Shown: in pieces, positions 20,971-31,935 of the stretch
Layout of the letters: each line of letters starts with the position of its first letter
Position numbering within the stretch: position 1 is the first letter of the stretch
Source of the DNA: an uncultured candidate division Zixibacteria bacterium
GTDB taxonomy: Bacteria > Zixibacteria > MSB-5A5 > GN15 > PGXB01
NCBI GenBank assembly: GCA_963702205.1
Contig: OY969724.1
Location: forward strand, 1,792,001 to 1,856,000
Direction of reading: 5' to 3'
DNA: 64,000 bases
Program-made: the position numbers and the translations under genes
The notes under the pieces: generated by a model
What the model saw: only the letters and a program-made list of their open reading frames with translations
Database searches by the model: none
What the model was told of the DNA's origin: nothing

Positions 20971-21903
20971 CTATCTTAAAATCCAGAGAATGGCGATAAT
21001 AAGCAACACCAGGGCCGCCGCTGAGACAACATAACGATTCCACCAGTCCACCGGTTTTTTATCGGCAGCCGGTTCGCCTTTTTCGATTGATACCCCTTGC
21101 AGGACGGAAATGGCTTCGGCTGCGCTGTCATAGCGTTGCCCGGGCTCTTTGCTCAACAGACGGTGAGTCACGTCATCCAGTCGGTACGGCAACTCCGGAT
21201 TGACCTTCGAAATTGCGGTCGGCGTGTGCATCTTGACCAGCTCGGCCGATTCCTCGCGATTGTCGCCCTTGAACGGCGACTCTCCCGCCAACAGCTCGTA
21301 CAAAAGCACTCCGACACTGAACAGGTCGGATTTTTTATCCGGCGCAGACCTGTCGAGTACTTCGGGGGCGGTGTATTCGGGGAAACGTTGGATCGCCATT
21401 TTGCCGTTTTCCGGTTTGGGAAGGTATTCGATAAATTCATCGAAGCCGATGACTTTCGCCCGGCCATCCATGCCTATGATAATCTGAGACGGTACAACCG
21501 GTCCGTGAATGATGTCGTTTTGATGAGCAGGTTCGATGGCCTGCAAAACCTGTATTATCAATTCGGTCGCCTTATCCGGAGAAGCCTCGAAAACTGCAAG
21601 CAGGTTTTTCAGCGACTGCCCTTCGCAAAATTCCATTACGATAACCGGACAGCCCTCGAATTCAAAGACGTCGAAGATATTGACCGCGCCGGGATGATCC
21701 AGGTTCACCATATCTCGTCCCCGCGAAATGAGTGTTGCTTTTTGATCTTCCGTCAGGACGTCGGCATGGTAAATTTTAAGGGCAACTTTTCTGCGATTTT
21801 TGGTGTCATCGGCGAAATAGATATCTGATTTGCCGCCGGGATGAATCCTTTCGAGGACGACATATTCATTAACCTGTCCGCCTTTTTTGAATAGTGGAGA
21901 CAT
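20971..21903 (-). CDS. Hanks-type Ser/Thr kinase-fold protein, probable pseudokinase, with C-terminal TM anchor
   Basis: VALK, YTAPE and SDLFSVGVLLYELLAGESPF present; HRD and DFG motifs degenerate. Confidence 0.85.
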   Translation of the reverse strand: MSPLFKKGGQVNEYVVLERIHPGGKSDIYFADDTKNRRKVALKIYHADVLTEDQKATLISRGRDMVNLDHPGAVNIFDVFEFEGCPVIVMEFCEGQSLKNLLAVFEASPDKATELIIQVLQAIEPAHQNDIIHGPVVPSQIIIGMDGRAKVIGFDEFIEYLPKPENGKMAIQRFPEYTAPEVLDRSAPDKKSDLFSVGVLLYELLAGESPFKGDNREESAELVKMHTPTAISKVNPELPYRLDDVTHRLLSKEPGQRYDSAAEAISVLQGVSIEKGEPAADKKPVDWWNRYVVSAAALVLLIIAILWILR

Positions 21904-21912
21904 AGATTTGAC

Positions 21913-22995
21913 CTAATTCCCGGCGCTTTCGGTTTTTAGAGCCAGCCGGGCTTCCTGATCGTGACGTTTAAGGGCCCCGACTATTTCGTCGAGTTGGCCA
22001 TCGAGGATTTCATCGAGATTGTGAACCGTCAGTTTTATGCGGTGATCGGTCACGCGAGACTGGGGAAAATTGTACGTGCGTATTTTAGCCGATCGGTCAC
22101 CGGAGCCGACCATCGCCTTTCTTTCGCTGGCGATTTCATTGTCGTGTTCCTCCTGCGCTTTGTCCAGCAGACGGGCACGCAGGACTTTCAGCGCCTTGGC
22201 CTTATTTTTGTGCTGTGATTTTTCATCCTGGCAGGTGACCACGGTGCCGGTCGGAATGTGCGTGATACGTACCGCCGAGTCGGTTGTATTGACCGACTGT
22301 CCGCCGGGGCCGGTCGAACGGTAGACGTCGATTTTGAGGTCTTCTTCTTTGATGACGATGTCGATATCCTCGGCTTCGAGAAGGACCGCCACGGTTGCCG
22401 CTGACGTGTGAATACGGCCGGACGATTCGGTCAGGGGAACGCGCTGAACCCGGTGCACGCCGGATTCGAATTTCAGAGAACCATATACATTTTCGCCGTT
22501 GACGAGGAAAATTATTTCTTTCAACCCGCCGATTCCGGTCGGATTCGACGATAATATTTCCAATTTCCAACCCTCGCGTTCGGAGTACCGGGAGTACATG
22601 CGAAACAGATCCGCGGCAAATATCGCCGCTTCTTCGCCGCCGGTTCCGGCCCTGATTTCCATAATGGCATTTCTGGCGTCGTTGGGGTCCCGGGGGCTCA
22701 AAAGCAGGTTGAATTCCTGTTCGGCCTCTTCGACCTGCGCCTCGGCGGCAGCCAGTTCTTCGCGAGCCATATCGATTAGTTCCGGGTCATCCGACGAATT
22801 CAGTATTTCCTCGGCTTCGGAGATAGAGTCCACCAGCTTTTTATACTTATGCCCGGCCTCGAGAATTTCCACGACCGCACGGCGTTCGCGGGAAATATCT
22901 TTCATCTTCGACAAATTGCTATGCATCGATGGATCGGACAGCGCTCGATCGAGTTCGCCGAGTTTCTTCTCGTATTTTTGTATTACTTCCAGCAT
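21913..22995 (-). CDS. prfA: Peptide chain release factor 1
   Basis: GGQ motif, PLT specificity tripeptide and [11 protein letters not shown]. Confidence 0.98.
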   Translation of the reverse strand: MLEVIQKYEKKLGELDRALSDPSMHSNLSKMKDISRERRAVVEILEAGHKYKKLVDSISEAEEILNSSDDPELIDMAREELAAAEAQVEEAEQEFNLLLSPRDPNDARNAIMEIRAGTGGEEAAIFAADLFRMYSRYSEREGWKLEILSSNPTGIGGLKEIIFLVNGENVYGSLKFESGVHRVQRVPLTESSGRIHTSAATVAVLLEAEDIDIVIKEEDLKIDVYRSTGPGGQSVNTTDSAVRITHIPTGTVVTCQDEKSQHKNKAKALKVLRARLLDKAQEEHDNEIASERKAMVGSGDRSAKIRTYNFPQSRVTDHRIKLTVHNLDEILDGQLDEIVGALKRHDQEARLALKTESAGN

Positions 22996-23046
22996 GGCCC
23001 TACACTTTCAATTGATAAAGGACAGGATATTATAGATAAGACTGCG

Positions 23047-24012
23047 CTAAAGGCAAGTCTTTTTGACGGTCAGGAGGGATTCGGTATATCCGAGCGCCGA
23101 TTCCAGGGCGACTATGGCGACTTCCATCTGATCCGGCGACGGCTCGCTGGTAGTGATGCGCTGAAGCCACAAGCCCGGCTGAATCAGAAAGCGCGTGATC
23201 GGGTTGTGGCGCGTCTTGCCCGAGAGTTTGAGCAGTTCGTACGACCCACCCGCGACCAGAGGCAGTAGTGAAAAGTGCGTCGCGAAACGCTGCAACAGAG
23301 TGGGGGGAGCACCTGCAATCGCGGCGAAAATCGAATCGGATGCAGCGTAAATAAAAATGGCCGACAACACCACGATCAGAATGAAACTTGTCCCGCAGCG
23401 GGGGTGAAATCTGGTGTACCGGCCGACGTTATCGGTCGTCAGTTCATTGCCGTTTTCATAGGCAAAAATCGATTTATGTTCGGCACCGTGATATTGAAAA
23501 ACTCTTTTGAATTCTCCGAACAGCGAAATAAACCACATATAGCCAAGAAAAATAACGACGCGAATGCCGCCGGCAACAAGATTAAAAGCGAGGGCGTCTT
23601 TCTTGGCCCCGATAAACTCGGCGATGGCCAGCGGAAGAAAAAAGAACAGAGCAATACCGACTGCCAGAGCGAAAACTACGGTCAGAATCAGCATAAACCC
23701 CGAAGACTTTTTCTCCTTCGGGATGTATTCTTTGCCACTTTCGAGAGCTTCCTTGCGTTCGATTTCTTTGATGGAAATATCGGCCGAGAAATTGAGCGTT
23801 TTGATGCCGATAATCATCATTTCGAAGAAAGTAATGATGCCTCTCAAAATCGGCAGTCCCAGGACTTTATGCCGTCGGCTGAAAGAGACGTAGTCTTCGG
23901 TTTTGACGAGAATTTCACCGGAAGGGATTCTTACCGCGGTCGAAATACGATCCCTGGACCGCATCATGACACCCTCAATAACCGCCTGTCCGCCGACCGA
24001 CATATCGGGCAT
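23047..24012 (-). CDS. DUF1385 domain protein
   Basis: GGQAVIEGVMM, YHGAEHK and HPRCGTSF. Confidence 0.93.
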   Translation of the reverse strand: MPDMSVGGQAVIEGVMMRSRDRISTAVRIPSGEILVKTEDYVSFSRRHKVLGLPILRGIITFFEMMIIGIKTLNFSADISIKEIERKEALESGKEYIPKEKKSSGFMLILTVVFALAVGIALFFFLPLAIAEFIGAKKDALAFNLVAGGIRVVIFLGYMWFISLFGEFKRVFQYHGAEHKSIFAYENGNELTTDNVGRYTRFHPRCGTSFILIVVLSAIFIYAASDSIFAAIAGAPPTLLQRFATHFSLLPLVAGGSYELLKLSGKTRHNPITRFLIQPGLWLQRITTSEPSPDQMEVAIVALESALGYTESLLTVKKTCL

Positions 24013-24109
24013 ATCTTATTCCTTTCCTGACTGCTAATAACAAGGACGATTCATATTAACGCTTATAATATACGAATCGTCCTGTAATTTTGGGGAATAA
24101 TTTGATAAG

Positions 24110-24337
24110 CTACGATGCTTTTTTCTTGTCGTCTTTTTTGTCGAGACCGTACTTCCGACGGAAACGATCCACGCGACCGGCCGTGTCAATAAGCTTCTGG
24201 CGACCGGTAAAAAACGGATGGCAGCTGGAGCAAATTTCCACACGGATGTCCTTCACGGTCGAGCGAGTCTCGATTTTATTCCCGCAAGCGCACGAGATCG
24301 TTGTCTCGTAATATTCGGGATGAATTTTCTTTTTCAC
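24110..24337 (-). CDS. rpmE: 50S ribosomal protein L31 (Zn-binding type)
   Basis: IHPEY, CACG and [10 protein letters not shown]. Confidence 0.97.
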   Translation of the reverse strand: MKKKIHPEYYETTISCACGNKIETRSTVKDIRVEICSSCHPFFTGRQKLIDTAGRVDRFRRKYGLDKKDDKKKAS

Positions 24338-24449
24338 TTTTTCCTCAAACCTTTCAAAGCCTTAAACTAAGGAAGTCAAATATAGTATATATCATTAAAA
24401 AGGCAAGCAGAATGTATAAGTTCCCGGCCGTTTATAATTTCCGGTGCTT

Positions 24450-25367
24450 TTATGACTGCGACGCGAAGATAAATATGCGGCTATCCGAGCGATCTGTCAG
24501 AGGCTCACGATCGTAAGACCCAAAGCTTTCAACAAGTTCCAGTCCCGCATGCCGGGCGAATTCGAGTACCTCCCCGGCCGAATACTCTTTTTCGCTGACA
24601 CTGAATAAGTGGCCCTCACGGGTGACCGTGTCGACGGCAAAATCGCGGACCAGCTTGACGTTTTCTTTCTCGAAATAGTACTGCTCGCGGTGGACGACTG
24701 AGGGATTCTCATGGTAGAGTGCTTTTTTTTCGCTGTACCACTGGACATAGCTGGCTTTATCCTCGTTCGAGAACTTCCAGCCGTGGACGATAAATAGCCC
24801 ACTGTCAACCAGCGCCCTGGCTGACTTATCGAAAATGGCCTGAGCTTGTTCGGGATTGCAATGGCCGATCTGCCCGCAGATTAAGAAAGCGAGGTCGAAC
24901 GTTTTTTGGTATTCGAGCTGAAGAATGTCTTTTTTGATAAATTCAATATCCAGCCCGGCCTTTTGGGCCCGAATCCGGGCCAGTTCAAGAGGATACTGGC
25001 CGATTTCGATTCCGGTCACGCGGTAACCCATACGGGCCAGAGCCAGGGCATGACGGCCCCCGCCGCAGGCGAGGTCGAGCACGCGCGCGCTGGGCTTGAG
25101 ATACCCGGCGATAAATTCAACTTCCTTCTCGGTCGGGATTCCCCAATAATTGACAACTTCGAAAAAGCGCCTGGAAAACCGGTCATCGCTCCAGGGAAGC
25201 GACATTTCGAACGGCGTCGGTTTTTCGAGAAGAATGTCTAACCCATCGGATTCGTTTTTATCCTTCACCTTCATCACTTTTAGTTCTATCGGAGGCGGCT
25301 GAAAATTAGTACATACAATCGGGCCAAAACTATAGCCCGATGTCCGTTTTTTGATCAAAAGTTGCAC
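24450..25367 (-). CDS. Class I SAM-dependent methyltransferase
   Basis: VLDLACGGGRHA; the true start is probably downstream (about 25274). Confidence 0.85.
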   Translation of the reverse strand: MQLLIKKRTSGYSFGPIVCTNFQPPPIELKVMKVKDKNESDGLDILLEKPTPFEMSLPWSDDRFSRRFFEVVNYWGIPTEKEVEFIAGYLKPSARVLDLACGGGRHALALARMGYRVTGIEIGQYPLELARIRAQKAGLDIEFIKKDILQLEYQKTFDLAFLICGQIGHCNPEQAQAIFDKSARALVDSGLFIVHGWKFSNEDKASYVQWYSEKKALYHENPSVVHREQYYFEKENVKLVRDFAVDTVTREGHLFSVSEKEYSAGEVLEFARHAGLELVESFGSYDREPLTDRSDSRIFIFASQS

Positions 25368-25422
25368 AAGCCGGCAAGGTTTACAGGCTTAGTCGTAATA
25401 TGTTGGTATATATTGTGTTGTG

Positions 25423-26013
25423 TTATTCGACGGAATAGGGTTGGGACAACAACTGACCCAGCTTTATGGCCTTTTCGAGGGTTTTTGAGTCATTCTTTGC
25501 TGCGCCCGGCGAAAACCCGGAACCGGAGTAGGCGATATGTCCCACATTTTCTATATGGACCCATTTGAAGAAGCCCGCAATGACGGTCCGGGCGCACTCG
25601 AATTTTTGGCGTTCGCTGCCGACCAGCACGATCGCCCCCCGGCGTTTTGGAATTGGCAGGCGTTTGAATTCGTGGGTTTCGAAATCGACCGGTCTGAGGC
25701 AGTTGCAGCGGTCGATAAACAGCTTGGCCTGGGCCGAAACCGTGTCGAAATAAACCGGCGTCCCGAACAGGACGATATCACAATTTACAAGTTGGTCATA
25801 GACGGGATAAATAGCATCGTGATAGACACACCAATCCGGCTCGGGACTGAACCCGCACGACTGGCACGGCGTAATGACAAAATCATTGAGCCGCACAACC
25901 GTGTTTTCCACCGATTCGGAAACTGCTGCTGCGATACTCCCGGCGATTTTGCCCAGCAGAAAGGCGGTGGAGCCGTCGGTTATGGGGCTGGCATTAAGTG
26001 TCAGAATTTTCAT
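25423..26013 (-). CDS. Flavodoxin family (iron-sulfur flavoprotein-like) protein
   Basis: PCQSCGF...C, GTPVYF and SAQAKLFIDR. Confidence 0.85.
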   Translation of the reverse strand: MKILTLNASPITDGSTAFLLGKIAGSIAAAVSESVENTVVRLNDFVITPCQSCGFSPEPDWCVYHDAIYPVYDQLVNCDIVLFGTPVYFDTVSAQAKLFIDRCNCLRPVDFETHEFKRLPIPKRRGAIVLVGSERQKFECARTVIAGFFKWVHIENVGHIAYSGSGFSPGAAKNDSKTLEKAIKLGQLLSQPYSVE

Positions 26014-27895
26014 TGTCGATCGCTTCCAATTGCTCCAATTTTTCGTAGAGGTCGATCAGGACGTCCTCGACCCGGAGTTTTTCTTTGGACGCCGCTTCCA
26101 GTTTTTCCCAGTCCGTTTTGGGAATGTTATGGTCCAGATCGGCGGCGAGGTTCTCGAGAATTTTTTCATGATCGGCTATTTTAGAGCGGACCGATTGCAG
26201 TTCCTTTTTTATCCGGCCCTTTTGCTGGGATAATTTTTTAAACTCTTCGTAAGCTCGTTTTTTATCCGGGTCGGAGGCCTTCTTTTTCGGGGCTTCCTCG
26301 GCCTGTGCGGTTTTTTCTTTATAATACGAATATCCCCCGGCGTACACTTTGAGACGACCTTTTTCGATTGCCGCGATTTTGTCGGCCACCCGGTCCAGAA
26401 AATAGCGGTCGTGGCTGACCAGAAGACAGGTACCGTCGTATTCCATCAAAGCTTCTTCCAGCGCCTGGCGCGAGTCGATATCGAGGTGATTGGTCGGTTC
26501 GTCGAAAATCAGAAAATTGGCGGGACGGTACAATATTTTGGCCAGCGCCAGCTTGGTCTTTTCGCCGCCGGAGAGGAACTGCACTTTCTTGAAAACGTCC
26601 TCGCCGCTGAACCCGAACCGGGCCAGATAGGTCCTAAGACGCGCCGGTTCGGCCAGGTTGTCCAGCTCCCAGATTTCATCGAGGACGATGTTATCTTCAT
26701 TCAGGTCCGAAAGCTCCTGATCGAAATAAGCCGGTTCCACTTTGTTGCCGACTTCCACCCGGCCGTCGAGCGGTTCTATGTCACCGAGGACGGTTCTTAT
26801 TATGGTCGTCTTGCCGCACCCGTTGGGACCGATCAGGCCGATTGTCTCACCGCGGTACAGGTTCATGTCGACGTCTTCGATTAAAGGGCGATGACCGTAA
26901 CCGAATGCGGCTTTCTCGCACGAAAGAACCAGATTGTACGATCGTCCGCTGGTGTCGATCGATATATTGTGCGATCCCCGGTCGGCATCGGGAAGTTCTA
27001 TGCGCTTTATGCGGGCGAGATATTTCTGGCGTGACTGGGCCTGCCTGGTTTTTTGTCCGGCCATGTTACGCCGGATGAAATCTTCGATGCGTTTGATCTC
27101 ATCCTGCTGGTGCCGAAAGCGGTGCTCCAACAGCCGCCGCCGTTCCTGACGCTCTATCAAGTACTTATCAAAGCCGTTGAAGTACTGGTCTATCCTACGT
27201 GAATTAATTTCCCAGACTTTGGAAACAGTGTTGGCCAGAAACGCCCGGTCGTGCGATACGACAATATACGCCTTTTGCTGGCCGTTCAGATATTCTTCGA
27301 GCCAGATCGTCGATTGCAAATCGAGATGGTTGGTGGGCTCGTCGAGCAGAAGCAGGTTGCTCTGTCCGGCCAGAACGCGGGCGAGCGAAGCGCGGTTTTT
27401 CTCACCGCCGGAGAAAACCGACAGTTTGTTGTGAAAACGGTTTTCAGGAAAACCGAGCCCGATCAAAATTAGTTTAACCTCGGCCTCGAAATCGTAGCCG
27501 CCGTCCGTTTCAAAACGGTGTTGCAGCTGTCCCAATCGGTCCAGTGTTTTTTCGTTTTCCGGATCGCGCTCCAGTTCCTGGCCCAGGCGGTCGATCTCCT
27601 CGCGCGCCGTTTGAAGATCAGGTCTTGCCCCAATGACGAATTCCATCAGGGTTTGCTGAAGCTCTTCATCGAGTTCCTGTCTCAAATATGAAACCGAACA
27701 GCCTTTGGATTTTAATACCTGACCGGATTCGGGAATGGCGCGACCGGTGATGATTTCAAACAGGGTAGTCTTGCCGATACCATTGGGTCCAACCAGCCCG
27801 ATACGGTCGTCGGCGTTCAATGAAAATGACAAATCCTGAAACAGATAACGATTTTCGATCTTCAGGGTAATATTTTCACCGGATATGAGCGTCAT
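25994..27895 (-). CDS. ABC-F family ATP-binding protein
   Basis: Two ABC domains (GPNGIGKT and GPNGCGKT; SGGEK; LDEPTNHLD); no TM segments; start set at the ATGA overlap. Confidence 0.95.
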   Translation of the reverse strand: MTLISGENITLKIENRYLFQDLSFSLNADDRIGLVGPNGIGKTTLFEIITGRAIPESGQVLKSKGCSVSYLRQELDEELQQTLMEFVIGARPDLQTAREEIDRLGQELERDPENEKTLDRLGQLQHRFETDGGYDFEAEVKLILIGLGFPENRFHNKLSVFSGGEKNRASLARVLAGQSNLLLLDEPTNHLDLQSTIWLEEYLNGQQKAYIVVSHDRAFLANTVSKVWEINSRRIDQYFNGFDKYLIERQERRRLLEHRFRHQQDEIKRIEDFIRRNMAGQKTRQAQSRQKYLARIKRIELPDADRGSHNISIDTSGRSYNLVLSCEKAAFGYGHRPLIEDVDMNLYRGETIGLIGPNGCGKTTIIRTVLGDIEPLDGRVEVGNKVEPAYFDQELSDLNEDNIVLDEIWELDNLAEPARLRTYLARFGFSGEDVFKKVQFLSGGEKTKLALAKILYRPANFLIFDEPTNHLDIDSRQALEEALMEYDGTCLLVSHDRYFLDRVADKIAAIEKGRLKVYAGGYSYYKEKTAQAEEAPKKKASDPDKKRAYEEFKKLSQQKGRIKKELQSVRSKIADHEKILENLAADLDHNIPKTDWEKLEAASKEKLRVEDVLIDLYEKLEQLEAIDNENSDT

Positions 27896-29973
27896 GATTC
27901 GGCAATTTCGATCTTTTTGTCCCGCGATAACAGCATTTCCACGCCCAGCAGTATTACTACCGCCCAGAGCACTACTTTCCACAGTTCCCGTCCGTAACGC
28001 GATTCGGTGATAATCGGTCCGGCCGGTTTATCGTACGGCAGCACCTTGACATCTTTCAAACCCAGAAGATTGCCCAGACGATCCGGATCGACCGACGCCA
28101 GGTCGCTTTCGTCGGGGGAGACGTTGACCGCGAACATATCGAGCACACGGCCGCCGGCTTCGAGCTGATATATCCCCGGCACGTCGACCGGTCGGCAGTC
28201 GAACATCACCTGTCCCGATTGTTCCACCCCGCCCAGAACATAGCTGCGATCGTCGGGTGTGACCAGCGTCGCCTGATTGTCGGACAGCCGGAACCCGGAC
28301 AGGTTGCGCGGCACCGACGATCCAACCGTGAAATTTCGACCTTCTTGTGACGGGTCTCCCGCGAGGTACTCCATGGTCCTGATAACCATTGGGACGAAAA
28401 ATGAATGGCTGGCCAGATCGGTGTAGTCCGGAGACAGCGGCGCGGTCAGAGCGATATATCGACCCAGACCCGAGGGCTCCTCGACCAGCGCCGGTTTACC
28501 GTTGGAAAACCAGGCCAGCTTGCGGTTGTTGTCACCGGAGACTATATCCGGCAGTGCGAAATATTTTAGTGTCGGTTCGGCCGATGAGGAGTCCTTGCCG
28601 AACGGCTGAAATATAGGGTGCGTGTAATCGAATCGTTCCATTGTATAATAACCCGCGCGGCTGAACGATTGCGGTATGGGCGCCGCGAAGTTGAGTTCAA
28701 CTTTCTGCCCGAGACTTTGATTGAACAGGTTAATATCGGTGTTGGCTCCCGGTATGTAGAAGACCCCACCACCGCCGTCGACAAACCGGTTGACCCTCTG
28801 AAACAGGGGAGTGTCGAGCGAATCGATTCCGGCCAGCACTACGGCATCATAGTCCGACAGCGTGACCGCGGAAACTTCGTCAAGACCGATTGATTTCACC
28901 ATCCAATACCGGGCCAGCGATTCATCGGGAACCAGAGCCAGTCGTATCAGGTCGCCGGTGCCGTCGCCGTCGATAATAAGAACGTTGAACGTTTTGGGGA
29001 TATATATGCTGAAATAATACCTGTTGTCCGGTGCATAGCCGTCGTCGGAGAGCTCGATCCGCCCGGTATGATAACCGGTGGTTTGCAGCGTGTGCGCAAA
29101 CGGTATCGTGACCGTCGCACCCCCACCGATTCTAAACTCGGACTGGAAGACACGGACCCCGTCGACAAACAGCGAGGCGAGAAGATCGTCTTTATCGAAA
29201 TTGTCGTAATTTTTTATTTCAGCTTTGATATTAAAAGACGCACCGACCTCGATCAACTGCCCGCCCATGTCTATTCCGAGCAGCCCGCAGTTACCGTCGG
29301 TTTCGACCGGCAGCCCGGCAACATAGAACGTAAAGTCCTTCGGCACCGAATCGACCGTTTTTTCGATATTTATTTTCTGGCGGTCCGTGACGAGATATAT
29401 TTCCTTGTTCAGGCTCCTGGCGCGGCTTAGAAACGCGACCGCTTCATTGACTGCTTCGGTCATATTGTCTTTGTCATAACCGGCAGTTGTCTTTTGCAGG
29501 ACATTTTCGGCCACGTCGCGGCTGAACAGCCGCTGTCCGGCCGGGTATTCCGGAGTCCGGTCGAACGGTATCAATATGACATTATCCACCTCACCGAAAC
29601 TTTGCAGAATGTCTTCTGTCTTCTTGACGGCCAGATCGAAAAGTTGCCCGTCTTTGAACTGGCGGTTCATCGATGCCGACCGGTCCAGGAGAATCGCCGC
29701 CGAAACCCCCGCGTGGGAGCCGATATAACCGCCCTTGGTTGCCGGACGGGCAAAGGCCAGGACGGCAACGAAAATGATCAGCATGCGAAGCAGAAGCAGA
29801 AGCAATTGGCGGATTTTGAGCCGTCGCACCTGGCGCTTTTGCATCTGTTTGAGATGCCGCAGCGACGAAAACTCGACTATCTTGACCCGCCGTCGGGAAA
29901 ACAGGTGAATCAACAGCGGAATAATTGCCGCCGCCGCCGCGAATAGTACAGCCGAGTTGAGAAAGTTAAACAT
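27892..29973 (-). CDS. BatA N-terminal/VWA domain membrane protein
   Basis: PLLIHLF...FSSLRHL...LLLLLR...LAFARP and DRSASM MIDAS. Confidence 0.9.
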   Translation of the reverse strand: MFNFLNSAVLFAAAAAIIPLLIHLFSRRRVKIVEFSSLRHLKQMQKRQVRRLKIRQLLLLLLRMLIIFVAVLAFARPATKGGYIGSHAGVSAAILLDRSASMNRQFKDGQLFDLAVKKTEDILQSFGEVDNVILIPFDRTPEYPAGQRLFSRDVAENVLQKTTAGYDKDNMTEAVNEAVAFLSRARSLNKEIYLVTDRQKINIEKTVDSVPKDFTFYVAGLPVETDGNCGLLGIDMGGQLIEVGASFNIKAEIKNYDNFDKDDLLASLFVDGVRVFQSEFRIGGGATVTIPFAHTLQTTGYHTGRIELSDDGYAPDNRYYFSIYIPKTFNVLIIDGDGTGDLIRLALVPDESLARYWMVKSIGLDEVSAVTLSDYDAVVLAGIDSLDTPLFQRVNRFVDGGGGVFYIPGANTDINLFNQSLGQKVELNFAAPIPQSFSRAGYYTMERFDYTHPIFQPFGKDSSSAEPTLKYFALPDIVSGDNNRKLAWFSNGKPALVEEPSGLGRYIALTAPLSPDYTDLASHSFFVPMVIRTMEYLAGDPSQEGRNFTVGSSVPRNLSGFRLSDNQATLVTPDDRSYVLGGVEQSGQVMFDCRPVDVPGIYQLEAGGRVLDMFAVNVSPDESDLASVDPDRLGNLLGLKDVKVLPYDKPAGPIITESRYGRELWKVVLWAVVILLGVEMLLSRDKKIEIAES

Positions 29974-29991
29974 GGTCTGAAATCGTGTTCG

Positions 29992-31935
29992 TTATTCCGT
30001 GTACGGTTGTTTGGTATACAAAGTGCAAAGTTCGTGGTTGTGGACCGAAATCGGCTCGTTCAAAGCCTGTTGATAAAACCCGAGCGCCCGTTGACGGTCG
30101 TCCTGAAGGTCGGCGATTTTCCCGAGGGTCATCAGTATGTCGCCAAGATAGAATGTGCGAGTTTCCAGAAAGAGAGCCGTCTCAAGATGGGCTTTGGCTT
30201 CATTAAGGTCGCCCAGTCCGAACAGGGCCATTCCGGCCCAGAAACGGGGAGTCGGGTCATCATTGCTTTTTTCCATCAACTGCTGCGCCCAGTATAGAGC
30301 ATCGTTAAAATCCGATTCGGCTGCCGCCGAATCGTACCAGGCCCCCGGTGCTTTTTTTATCTGACCCAGAAACAGGAGGAAGCTGATTTTACCCGGCGTC
30401 GACTTTTCCCGCCCGTAATAATCTTCGGCCAGCTTAATGGCGCCGGCGGTATCACCCCGTATTGCCTTTATTTCGGCCTTCTGAAGCTGGCTGGTCACAT
30501 ATTCCGAGTCGATCGCCATAACCCGGTCATACATTACATCGGCACTGTCGTACTCTCCGTTAATAAGATCTATATTACCGATTATCTGGAAATATGACGC
30601 GCGCGCCGAATCCAGCTTAATAAGTCTCTCGTAAGCGTCCCTGGCCCGGTAATACTGTCCGGTCTGGAAACACAACCCGGCCAGTTTACGCCAGGTGTCG
30701 ACCGAATCGGCCCGGTGTTCGTCGTACTGGATCATCTGGTCCAGATATTCGAACTGCTTATCGACCTGCAACAGCACCCCGGCTCGCCCGGCATAAAAAT
30801 CGAACTGGGCCCGCATAAAATGTAGCGTATCTATATAATTCACCCAGCCGTTTTGAAGAGAATCGAGCGGCAGTTTGAATATGTCCTGAAGGTTTTTCAA
30901 AATCGACAGGTCATCCGAATGCTGATACCAATTCTTAACCCTGGTCGGGCCGTACTGATCAGCGAGGTACTTTACGAACGACCCGGCCGTCACCTCGGCG
31001 ACGTGGGCATCGGCGGCATAGTACCCCGATGACGTCAGCATGTCCTTGATTTGGGGGACGGTCCCATCGGCCATGATCTTTTTCATTTCATACGTGTTGA
31101 AATCCATATAGCCACCCAGGCCTTCCAGAATGAACGGCGGGGCATATCCCCACAGCCGCAACAGAGCGAACATATCAGCCAGGATAGACTCGCTCGAAAT
31201 GTAGGTATGGCTGTAAATAGCATAAATCGTATTCCGCGACGGGTCCAGCATGTACCCGAAACGCTTGTCCCAGTGCACGTTTTTCATCGGGCAAGGGTAT
31301 AGAAACAGGTTGATGCGGCTTGTCAAAGACAGGTTAAACAGCTTCTCATACTGGGTGAATTCGGATTCAAGGTACGTTTTAAGCGAGTTCCACCTGAAAT
31401 CCGCCAGTGTATTGGGAATGAAATAATATTCAAAATTGGCGCTGGGGTCGGATTTGAAAGGAAAGTCTTGTCCCAGGCCATAGGAGCATCCCGCCGTATC
31501 GAGCGCTATCTTATTCCTCGGGCTGACCAGCAACTGGTAGACGGAGCCTTCTTTGCCGGGGATGTTTTCGATCCGGGCGGGAAGATTGTACTCTATATGA
31601 AACCGCTCGGCGGTGCTGTACGGTTTCGAGCCGATCGTGACGAGGTGAAGATCGAATTCGGCGAAATTGGAATCCACAGCCGTAACATTTATATTCAGGC
31701 TCATGTTCGTGATGAATATATTCTGCGACGTCCCGACTATAATGTCGGCCGTATCCCGGATTACTTCGAAGTACTTATCCATATAGGCCGGTTTCTGGCG
31801 GACAATCAACTCCAATTCGAGCCCGTCGGCGGTCTGGGCCGAGCTTGAACAGAAACTCATAATCAGCAAAACAGACGCGGATATCAGCGTCAATAGCAAT
31901 TTTCTCATGGTCATGTTATTTCTTATACATATCAA
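29992..31935 (-). CDS. Secreted TPR protein with degenerate peptidase-MA-like domain
   Basis: Signal peptide; PPFILEGLGGY and GSFVKYLADQYG; C-terminal TPRs. Confidence 0.7.
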   Translation of the reverse strand: MICIRNNMTMRKLLLTLISASVLLIMSFCSSSAQTADGLELELIVRQKPAYMDKYFEVIRDTADIIVGTSQNIFITNMSLNINVTAVDSNFAEFDLHLVTIGSKPYSTAERFHIEYNLPARIENIPGKEGSVYQLLVSPRNKIALDTAGCSYGLGQDFPFKSDPSANFEYYFIPNTLADFRWNSLKTYLESEFTQYEKLFNLSLTSRINLFLYPCPMKNVHWDKRFGYMLDPSRNTIYAIYSHTYISSESILADMFALLRLWGYAPPFILEGLGGYMDFNTYEMKKIMADGTVPQIKDMLTSSGYYAADAHVAEVTAGSFVKYLADQYGPTRVKNWYQHSDDLSILKNLQDIFKLPLDSLQNGWVNYIDTLHFMRAQFDFYAGRAGVLLQVDKQFEYLDQMIQYDEHRADSVDTWRKLAGLCFQTGQYYRARDAYERLIKLDSARASYFQIIGNIDLINGEYDSADVMYDRVMAIDSEYVTSQLQKAEIKAIRGDTAGAIKLAEDYYGREKSTPGKISFLLFLGQIKKAPGAWYDSAAAESDFNDALYWAQQLMEKSNDDPTPRFWAGMALFGLGDLNEAKAHLETALFLETRTFYLGDILMTLGKIADLQDDRQRALGFYQQALNEPISVHNHELCTLYTKQPYTE

